A stretch of DNA of 32,000 nt from Staphylothermus marinus F1 (GTDB lineage Archaea > Thermoproteota > Thermoprotei_A > Sulfolobales > Desulfurococcaceae). Shown one piece after another: positions 8,420-16,191 of the stretch. Position numbers and translations under genes: made by a program. The first letter of the stretch is position 1; the number at the start of each line of letters is the position of its first letter. The stretch spans positions 1,350,001 to 1,382,000 of the forward strand of contig NC_009033.1 in assembly GCF_000015945.1 (NCBI RefSeq). The letters are read 5' to 3'. The notes under the pieces were generated by a model. It was given only the letters and a program-made list of their open reading frames with translations. It searched no databases and was not told where the DNA came from.

Positions 8420-9268
8420 TTGAAACTAATTTCTTGGAATAAGGTTGAAGTGAAACTGCCAGGTGGATGGGAAATAACAAGAGAGGGAGGAACAAGTATT
8501 AATGGAGTCCTAGTAGCAGCACCTGAAACTGGTGCAAAACTCGAAATATATTGGAGACATAGTAAACCAAGTGATTTTCCTAAAGCCTACGAGAAATACC
8601 TTGAAAAACTCGAGAAGAAAGGATTTGTTAGAAAAAATAGTTTCTCAACGACGCTACATAAACATAAAGTATTAGGGTATTTTTTGAGAGATGAAAACAA
8701 TAAAGTATTTACAGCATCGTGGTTTTGTGACGAAACAAGGAGACTATTCATAGTCCAATTAGACGGTAAATCAGTATCTATGGGATTATTTACGAGTATT
8801 CTGAACAATATAAATTGTCATCCAATCCATAATGGAATGGTTAATTGGAGACTAATGGGTATAGGGTTAAGACTGTATGAGGACTATTTTGTTAATCTTA
8901 GAGATTTCAAAATAGGTTATAGCATGGCTTATTTTATGAGTAGAGATAAAAAAGTACATGTAATACAGTACTCTATAGCTAGATACGTAATCGAATCACA
9001 AGAGACAAGCGAGGATGATGTTTTCAAAAAGCATCTAAGATACCTCACACCTCGATTCACTAAGCTAGTTCTCATTGACAAGAATTCTTATGAAAAATAC
9101 TATATAGTACACACTTTGCTACAGAAAATCAAATACGGTGTCTTATTGAAGAAGGTGAATAAATGTATTAAACCCGACTATGTACAATACACACTAGTTA
9201 AGGCACCCCGTAAAAGACTGGATGAAGCAATAGATATTGTGAAGGGTACTTATTGTGTTGAATGGTGA
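8420..9268 (+). CDS. Hypothetical cytoplasmic protein (282 aa), no family recognised
   Basis: Long ORF in a tight same-strand series: 13 nt after the PqqD-like gene and overlapping the next gene by 14 nt. TTG start. No TM segments or motifs that I can name. Confidence 0.55.
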   Translation: MKLISWNKVEVKLPGGWEITREGGTSINGVLVAAPETGAKLEIYWRHSKPSDFPKAYEKYLEKLEKKGFVRKNSFSTTLHKHKVLGYFLRDENNKVFTASWFCDETRRLFIVQLDGKSVSMGLFTSILNNINCHPIHNGMVNWRLMGIGLRLYEDYFVNLRDFKIGYSMAYFMSRDKKVHVIQYSIARYVIESQETSEDDVFKKHLRYLTPRFTKLVLIDKNSYEKYYIVHTLLQKIKYGVLLKKVNKCIKPDYVQYTLVKAPRKRLDEAIDIVKGTYCVEW

Positions 9269-9620
9269 AAAATACTTAACAATACCGATTGAGACAGCTC
9301 TACATGATTTATTGAGAGAATATGGTATTGAACTAAATGATTTGTTCGCTGCAATGATTGATGAAGGAATAGATGTGTATAGAGAGCTTCTGAATAGAAT
9401 TGATCATGTAACTAACGATATAGTACAAGTAATAAGGAATACGCCGTGGAAACTAGTTGCATTGACCCTATTTGTTCTACAAGCATTCTACATAACTAAT
9501 TTATCAGGTCTCTACAAAGGATATTTTCTTGATCCTCCCAGGGAAGATATTATGAATGGTTTAAAAGCACGCTTCACAGGAGTCTTAGTGTTGATGCATA
9601 GACTTAAATTCTTGATATAA
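9255..9620 (+). CDS. Hypothetical small protein; possible ribbon-helix-helix N-terminus plus one TM helix
   Basis: GTG start overlaps the upstream stop. 'YLTIPIETALHDLLREYGIELNDLFAAMIDEGI' has a strand-helix-helix look (CopG/Arc-like). The hydrophobic segment is 'WKLVALTLFVLQAFYITNL'. The domain call is low-confidence. Confidence 0.45.
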   Translation: MLNGEKYLTIPIETALHDLLREYGIELNDLFAAMIDEGIDVYRELLNRIDHVTNDIVQVIRNTPWKLVALTLFVLQAFYITNLSGLYKGYFLDPPREDIMNGLKARFTGVLVLMHRLKFLI

Positions 9621-9645
9621 ACATATCAATTACTGCGAGAAACAA

Positions 9646-9651
9646 TTTTTT
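9646..9651 (+). terminator. Oligo-T tract after the glgA-associated operon
   Basis: T6 lies 26 nt after the stop at 9620. Oligo-T tracts are the known archaeal intrinsic termination signal. Confidence 0.35.
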
Positions 9652-9707
9652 GGATACAATCCTTTAATAAGAATAGTTTTTAATATTCTTTTTAATAAAC
9701 CAATTAA

Positions 9708-11546
9708 ATGTGGTGGTATTTAATGAAGTTGCTTGATAAGTTTCTGGTAAGCCTCTTACTAGGAGTGGTAATAGCTAGTATATTATCTATATCAACAACC
9801 ACTTTATCTGCAGTAACAGCAACAGATAACACCGTCACAGTAACAGAGTCTTATCTAAAAATTACTTGGGACCTAGATCATGGTGGAGCAATACAAAATA
9901 TTCAGCCCGTATGTAGCGATTTCAAAAACACCCCTGTAGCTAAAAAAGGAATAGCTGCTGACAGGGGTGGATTAGCTGGAAAAGAATCCACTATTCACGC
10001 AGTAATGTGGGATATTATATCTGATAACAATCCATGGGAAGGATACGCTGTTTATGCTAAAGCTTCATATGAAGTATTGAAGGAGACGCCAAATTATACA
10101 ACTATTCAGATCACATATACTCTTCCCAATGACTCGCCTTTTGCAGGACTAAAAGTAATTAAAACGTATCGTGTATATAATAATTCATTTATTGTAGACT
10201 TTAATATGACGCTAACCAACACCGGAACAAACCCTGTAACAATTGATCTATCAGATGCTTGGGGACGCCCTGTAGGCCCAATGATCGAGCTAGTGTCGTT
10301 AATGGGTAGTAAGCAGGATGAATATCAGTTTATGTTGTTCAATAATGGAAAACTAGAATCTTATTATCAAGGATCAAGCTGGGGAGGAGCTCCCGGCGGA
10401 CCAGTAAAGGTTGACGGCACATTAAAGGGTATTGGAATCTATGATAACACAACTGATCCGTCGCCATGGGGCTTTATGATCGCATTATTCATGGCGGACG
10501 ATGAAACAGTTTCAAAAACAAGCTATGTATGGTTTGAAACTAGTGCTGGAGGATCTCAGAACACCATTATACGTGTAGAGTTTAAACCATTAACACTTAA
10601 CCCTGGCGATAGCGAAGAATACCATATGAAAATCTATGCTGGGCCTCTTCATCGTGAATACTTGGTTAAAGAAGCAGGTTTTACAGAACAACAATATAAG
10701 ACCTTCTTCTACAACCCAGCTTTCTCCCCCAAAATACCGTGTAGGGTTGTTGCTGTAGAGCTCAAGTACCCCGTTAATGTTAAGATAGTTACTGAAGGAG
10801 GAACTGGTGTGCCTAAGGCAGCGATTTCCGTTTACGACTATTATTCTGGAACACCATATGTTCAAACGGAAATTGAAAGCAATGAGTTCACGATTAAAAT
10901 ACCATACAATAATGCAACATATACTCTAGGAATTTCTCCGCAGACAGGAACTACACGAGATGGCTATGGAGAATTTATATTCAAGAGCTGGATACTACCG
11001 AATGGAACAGAAATCACGGGATCAAAAATAAATGTTACATTGAAGGAAGGCGATACTATTACTTTAAAATTCGGGATCAGGCCATTAGCTAAACTAGTTA
11101 TACTCTTCGTATCACCTGATGGATCATACCTACCACAACAAGCTGAAACCATAAACTTTACTATATTAGGCTCTGCTGGGGAACTATTATTCAAGGGCTC
11201 CTCAGCTCCAACATCAAGAAACATTACAGCATTGGATCAATCAGTTTCACCTCCTAGACCTGGTTTTAAAGTGCCGGGAATATATGTTATACAAGTACCT
11301 TTAAAGGCGGGTGTTTATACACTAAGCAAAATAATGATCGATAATACTGAGTTACAGTATACAATAATAGGAGATAAAGCACAAGCAACGTTTACACTGG
11401 ATCAAGCAGGTAAACACGAATTAAAAGTGGTATATTCAACAGGAGGCATAACAGGCGGTGGGGGAGGATTATTAATCTGGATTATAGTAGTTGCGGCACT
11501 AATAGCTATCATTATAATAGCTTTGCTATTGAAGAAGAAAAAATAA
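9708..11546 (+). CDS. Extracellular, C-terminally membrane-anchored glycoprotein of unknown function (possible glycan-binding beta-sandwich)
   Basis: N-terminal signal/anchor 'LVSLLLGVVIASILSISTTTLSA'. Many N-x-S/T sequons. Gly-rich linker 'GGITGGGGG', then TM 'LLIWIIVVAALIAIIIIALLL' and a 'KKKK' tail. A TATA-like 'TTTTTAATATT' at 9677-9687 is centred about 26 nt upstream of ATG 9708. Confidence 0.7.
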   Translation: MWWYLMKLLDKFLVSLLLGVVIASILSISTTTLSAVTATDNTVTVTESYLKITWDLDHGGAIQNIQPVCSDFKNTPVAKKGIAADRGGLAGKESTIHAVMWDIISDNNPWEGYAVYAKASYEVLKETPNYTTIQITYTLPNDSPFAGLKVIKTYRVYNNSFIVDFNMTLTNTGTNPVTIDLSDAWGRPVGPMIELVSLMGSKQDEYQFMLFNNGKLESYYQGSSWGGAPGGPVKVDGTLKGIGIYDNTTDPSPWGFMIALFMADDETVSKTSYVWFETSAGGSQNTIIRVEFKPLTLNPGDSEEYHMKIYAGPLHREYLVKEAGFTEQQYKTFFYNPAFSPKIPCRVVAVELKYPVNVKIVTEGGTGVPKAAISVYDYYSGTPYVQTEIESNEFTIKIPYNNATYTLGISPQTGTTRDGYGEFIFKSWILPNGTEITGSKINVTLKEGDTITLKFGIRPLAKLVILFVSPDGSYLPQQAETINFTILGSAGELLFKGSSAPTSRNITALDQSVSPPRPGFKVPGIYVIQVPLKAGVYTLSKIMIDNTELQYTIIGDKAQATFTLDQAGKHELKVVYSTGGITGGGGGLLIWIIVVAALIAIIIIALLLKKKK

Positions 11547-11571
11547 TCCATTAAAAATTATTTAAACATCA

Positions 11572-11577
11572 TTTTTT
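11572..11577 (+). terminator. Oligo-T tract after gene 9708-11546
   Basis: T6 lies 26 nt downstream of the stop codon. Confidence 0.35.
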
Positions 11578-11655
11578 ATAAAACAATATGGAAATAAAAT
11601 ATGTCAATATTTAAAAAGTCTTTATCAAGATAGAGTATTTCTCGGTGAAACAAGA

Positions 11656-14600
11656 ATGAAAAAAACGATATTTATCTATTTATTTTTCTTAATCGTTATT
11701 TCTCTTCTCTCATCTATAAATTCCACTGGTGCATATTCAGTAAGTAATAATAGTGATTTTTTAAACAATCCAGTTTATGGTGTTTTTAATAAAGTATTAA
11801 ACATTAATTTAACAACAACGAATACGAGTGCTAAGCTTAATCATTATCTTCACTTATTTGCTAACATACCTGATAGATTAACAGGGCATAAAGGATATTT
11901 CGAAGCTACAAAGACTCTATACAATTTAATTAAAAATATCACTTACAATGTCGTCCTAGATAATTATACAGTTGTAATCCCAGTTGATGAGGGTAGTTAT
12001 CTAAGAATCGGTGATAGAACTATAAAGGTTTATCCGCTATGGCCTAGTGGAGGTGTTCCAGTTAATGCTCGTTGCAGAGGTAAAATTATTGTTGCAAATA
12101 CCATTAATGATCTTAACGGTGTAGATCTTCATGGAAGCATATTATTAATAAGCTACTCAACTGATTGGCGCTGGTTATGGCTTCTTGATCCACATCTAGG
12201 AGTAAAAGCAATTTTGTTCTATGAAGATAATATTATTAATAGTCAGAATTACGACAAATACCTTGATGCACCAGTTGATCTCCCTATAGGCTATATATCG
12301 ACTCGAATGCTTAAAGAAGAATATGGTTTAACACTTAGTGATCTCAATGGTAAGACGGGCTATTTAGAGCTAAGATCAAAATGGATAGAAGTTAATGTTT
12401 CAAATATTGTTGCATATATACCGGGACAAAACCATGATTATAAGATCATGTTAGTAACTCATTATGATTCATGGTCTCCAGTAGTAGGGCTTGCTCCTGG
12501 AGCAACCGATATTTTGGCTCCAATATACTTGTTAATGTATGCTGAGAAACTAGTAAATGAGATCCCTCAGTATGATACTATAATGGTGTGGTTCTCTGGA
12601 TACTATGAGGGTTTAGAGGGGCAGAGGCATTTTGTGGATAAATATATTTTTAATAAACAAGAGTTGTCTTTTGGAAATACATCTATAGCTATAGATCCTG
12701 CAAAAACATTATTTATAGGATTAGATCTAAATTATCGTTCCAAATACATAGCTCCAACTAGTATAGGATATTTCTATACAGCACAAGCAGTTGGAATAAC
12801 TCGTGGCCCAATAAACTATTATGCTGGTTTTATATCAAATGTTTTTGATCTGAATAAGCTTGAACAAAGTGTTTCGAATAAGTTAGGAAGAGATCTAGGA
12901 TCTGCTGTTAGACAATTATTCTCATATTCACGCGACCCTAATACATGGTGGACTCTATTTCCCGGCCCATACTGGCTCGATACAGAGCCGTTTTGGAGTG
13001 CTGGATTAGCAGCTTTCACTCTTAAATCAGCTTTCGCTGAAAAAGGTGTAAGAGGGACACCGATTGATTATTTTGATAAAGTCAATTTGGAAAATATATT
13101 GTTGCAGTATAGCTTGCTCGATATAATATTGGATCAAGTATATAATAAGGATCCACAACAACTAGGACACGCTATCTCAACAGGGTTATCTCCAAATGCG
13201 CCAACACGTATTAGTACGAGTCCTCGTAATGAAATGTTTGCTAATTTAATTGGACAAGTTATGGTTTGGGATCCGAAGCTTGGACAACGAGTTAGTCTTA
13301 AGAAAGCAAATTTAAGCAGAGCCTTAGTTATTATTAGTGCTGGATCGCGGACTCAGACAAGTAGTCCTTGGAATTTAAGGATAGTAAGGTTTACCGATGA
13401 GGAAGGATATTTTAGTGTTGAAGGATTACCTACATCGAGATCAACAGGTTTAACAATAACTGCTCTTGTCCTCACGACTAATGGGAGTGTGGTAGCGTTA
13501 AATGTTATGGGAGCTGTGTCTAGGGGTTCATATGTTTCAATTTCACAGCCAATACTAGGATCGAAACTAGCACCTTGGGAAGTATGGATCATTAAGTTTA
13601 AAGGAAACATAACTGTAAACATGGTTGTAGATCCCTTATCTTATCAAGTGCCTATTGAGGGTGGAAGCATAGGATGCAGAATCGTAAGAATGGATACAAT
13701 GGCTGAGCCAGACTATTACTATTTAGGGATCGATGAAACAGGATTCTTTGTAGCTTATCTATATAAGGATCTTAATTATAGCCTAGTATTCGGTCCTAAC
13801 CCAGTATACTATGTTATTGAAAATGCTAAGGTCGGACATAAATATAGCTTGTTTGATGCATTACACTCTACAATAAATGTCGATAATAGGAGGTTGGCGA
13901 AATTATCTAGCTATAAAGTAAGGAATCCAGCTGCAGAAGAATTCGTTACTAGAGGTATGTCTGCATTATCTAATGCAACCAAATCTCTCTCAACATATAA
14001 TTATACAGCATATAGAGCCTATATCCTTGAAGGCTTAACTTTAGCATATAATGCTTATCAATTAACTAAATCTGCTTATCTAGACGTAGAAAACACTGCT
14101 ACATTGTTCTCAGTATTACTAGTTTTGTTCGCGTTTATTATGGGGCTCTACTTTAGAAAACCAGGTGCTAGCCCATTTAATGTAATTGGGAAAACACTAG
14201 TAGCAACTGCTATTCCAGGTGTAATATTTTATTTTATACATCCCGCTCTCCATTTAACAGCCAATGCTATAATGACTATTATCGGTTTCGTGATGATAAT
14301 CCTAGTAATACCAGCGCTTCTAGTTCTCCTAGGCGATTTCAATAAGGCATTGAGGGAAATAAGGAGAAAAATAGTCGGTGTCCACGAGGTTGAGAGAAGC
14401 AAGCTCGTAGCTGGTTATATGTCTTTCAGTTACGGCGTTGAATATATGAAGAAGAGAAGATTGAGAACACTATTGACAATAATAACTTTAATTGTTGTCG
14501 TAATAAGTGTTGTTTTATTCACAAGTATGACAAGCTATGTGGCTCCTAAACCAGTTGCTTTGACAGGCTTTGAGCCTACAAGGCCTCAAGGCTTCTTATT

Positions 14601-16086
14601 GCAGAGGGAAACAATAGATAGAAATCTGCCAATGGGGAGCCAATTATATGATCTAGTTAAGGTTATCATTGGCAGAAATGCTGTTGTAAGGTATTGGGCT
14701 GTTGGATCAACTTATCTATTCCTATACGATGATCCCTCGAAGTATTACCCGATAAATTCTATAACAGCAGTAGAGCCTACAGAAGATACAATCAGTAATA
14801 TATCAAAGATTATTGTTAAGGGTAGATGGTTTAATAGCTCAGACCAATTCGTTGCAATAATACCTGCTACAGCAATAAGTGATACCAATGGAGTTATCGA
14901 TGTTAATAAAACAATTGTTATCGCAGGAGTAAAGTTTAGGATCATAGGAGCATATGATGATAGAAAAATCTTGGAGATAAGAGAGCTAGACGGACAAACT
15001 ATTACACCCGTAATCGGATTCCCACGAGCTAGAACTGTTAGAACAATATTTATTCCAGCTAGAATAGCTGAAACCAATCCATGGCTGAATAAAGGTTTAA
15101 ACTTTTATTTAGCTCAAATATCCATTAAGACGAGGAACGATCCATATATTCTAGGCAAAGATATAGTATTTATCCTGCCATCAACAGATACTTATGCATA
15201 CTCTCCTATTCATGGAGTAGCCAAGTATAGTAAAATGATTGCATTGAGCGGCGCTGGCTTCAACTATGTTGTTGCACCAATTATAATTGCCAGCGTTTCT
15301 ATTCTTGGTGTTCTTCTCGGAAGCATATATGAGAGGAGAAGAGAAATATTCATTTATGCCGCACTAGGATTATCGCCTAGCCAGATAGGTTTAATGTTCA
15401 TAGCGGAGGCATTAGCATATGCTCTAATAGCTACTGTGATAGGCTATGTTACAGGAATACTTATAACTACTACAGCAGCAACATTTTTGCCTGGAGTATT
15501 CCGGCCAAACTATAGCAGTGGATACGTTGTATTGGCTATTGCTGCTACATTTATTTCTGTCTTAACAGCTACTATATACCCTGTATTCAAAGCAAGCAAG
15601 ATGGCATTACCAAGTCTCCGCAGGAAATGGGAGTTCCCAACAAAGCCCAAAGGAGATGAATGGATTATACCTATGCCCTTCAAGATCACAAGTTATAGGG
15701 AACTAGTTGGCTCACTATATTATGTATACGAATATATTAGTGGATTCACAAGCCCAGACATAGGTAATTTTGTGGTTGAGAAGATAAGTATTAGTAAAAC
15801 AACAATGAATAGCAAAAATGTTGTAATATTAGGAGGTATTGTTAGACTTAAGCCATGGCATGCAGGTGTAAAACAAGAATTCCAGATTAGAGCGTTGGAA
15901 GTTAATCCGAATGAGTGGGAGATCAGTATTTATCTTAAGAGATTATCGGGTAATACAAGATTATGGATTAGGTCAAACAAGTTCTTCATAGATGCTCTCC
16001 GTAAACAATTACTATTATGGAGAACCATTACTCCCGACGAGAAGAAACAATACATTGAAAAAGCTGAATCAGTAATCAAAGCTTAA
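11656..16086 (+). CDS. Giant membrane protein: signal peptide, M28/PA peptidase-like ectodomain, 3 TM helices, MacB/FtsX-type ABC permease module, cytoplasmic tail
   Basis: PA-like segment 'CRGKIIVANTINDLNGVDLHGSILLISY...GVKAILFYED'. M28-like segment 'NIVAYIPGQNHDYKIMLVTHYDSW...GATD...SGYYEGLEGQRHF'. MacB ectodomain-like segment 'VKGRWFNSSDQFVAIIPATAI...IVIAGVKFRIIGAY'. FtsX core 'IYERRREIFIYAALGLSPSQIGLMFIAEALAYALIATVIGYVTG'. GGTGA lies 7 nt upstream of ATG 11656. Confidence 0.75.
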   Translation: MKKTIFIYLFFLIVISLLSSINSTGAYSVSNNSDFLNNPVYGVFNKVLNINLTTTNTSAKLNHYLHLFANIPDRLTGHKGYFEATKTLYNLIKNITYNVVLDNYTVVIPVDEGSYLRIGDRTIKVYPLWPSGGVPVNARCRGKIIVANTINDLNGVDLHGSILLISYSTDWRWLWLLDPHLGVKAILFYEDNIINSQNYDKYLDAPVDLPIGYISTRMLKEEYGLTLSDLNGKTGYLELRSKWIEVNVSNIVAYIPGQNHDYKIMLVTHYDSWSPVVGLAPGATDILAPIYLLMYAEKLVNEIPQYDTIMVWFSGYYEGLEGQRHFVDKYIFNKQELSFGNTSIAIDPAKTLFIGLDLNYRSKYIAPTSIGYFYTAQAVGITRGPINYYAGFISNVFDLNKLEQSVSNKLGRDLGSAVRQLFSYSRDPNTWWTLFPGPYWLDTEPFWSAGLAAFTLKSAFAEKGVRGTPIDYFDKVNLENILLQYSLLDIILDQVYNKDPQQLGHAISTGLSPNAPTRISTSPRNEMFANLIGQVMVWDPKLGQRVSLKKANLSRALVIISAGSRTQTSSPWNLRIVRFTDEEGYFSVEGLPTSRSTGLTITALVLTTNGSVVALNVMGAVSRGSYVSISQPILGSKLAPWEVWIIKFKGNITVNMVVDPLSYQVPIEGGSIGCRIVRMDTMAEPDYYYLGIDETGFFVAYLYKDLNYSLVFGPNPVYYVIENAKVGHKYSLFDALHSTINVDNRRLAKLSSYKVRNPAAEEFVTRGMSALSNATKSLSTYNYTAYRAYILEGLTLAYNAYQLTKSAYLDVENTATLFSVLLVLFAFIMGLYFRKPGASPFNVIGKTLVATAIPGVIFYFIHPALHLTANAIMTIIGFVMIILVIPALLVLLGDFNKALREIRRKIVGVHEVERSKLVAGYMSFSYGVEYMKKRRLRTLLTIITLIVVVISVVLFTSMTSYVAPKPVALTGFEPTRPQGFLLQRETIDRNLPMGSQLYDLVKVIIGRNAVVRYWAVGSTYLFLYDDPSKYYPINSITAVEPTEDTISNISKIIVKGRWFNSSDQFVAIIPATAISDTNGVIDVNKTIVIAGVKFRIIGAYDDRKILEIRELDGQTITPVIGFPRARTVRTIFIPARIAETNPWLNKGLNFYLAQISIKTRNDPYILGKDIVFILPSTDTYAYSPIHGVAKYSKMIALSGAGFNYVVAPIIIASVSILGVLLGSIYERRREIFIYAALGLSPSQIGLMFIAEALAYALIATVIGYVTGILITTTAATFLPGVFRPNYSSGYVVLAIAATFISVLTATIYPVFKASKMALPSLRRKWEFPTKPKGDEWIIPMPFKITSYRELVGSLYYVYEYISGFTSPDIGNFVVEKISISKTTMNSKNVVILGGIVRLKPWHAGVKQEFQIRALEVNPNEWEISIYLKRLSGNTRLWIRSNKFFIDALRKQLLLWRTITPDEKKQYIEKAESVIKA

Positions 16087-16191
16087 AGCATCAACGTTTA
16101 ACTATATGAATAAATATTTTATTCTTGACATGATAAAATATTATTGTAAAGATTTTATTGCATAAATCAATATGGTCTCTGGTGGAGTTAT

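Noticed and set aside
8023-9620. Reading the PqqD-like gene as part of a RiPP (e.g. lasso-peptide or radical-SAM) biosynthetic cluster
   Set aside because: I see no radical-SAM (CxxxCxxC) enzyme, no Asn-synthetase-like cyclase, no clearly transglutaminase-like protease and no short precursor ORF in or next to the operon. Only the RRE-like domain is supported.
9669-9690. Small inverted repeat AAGAATA-N8-TATTCTT upstream of gene 9708
   Set aside because: The arms are 7 nt and composed almost entirely of A/T, and the repeat overlaps the TATA-like element. This is within chance expectation for such DNA.
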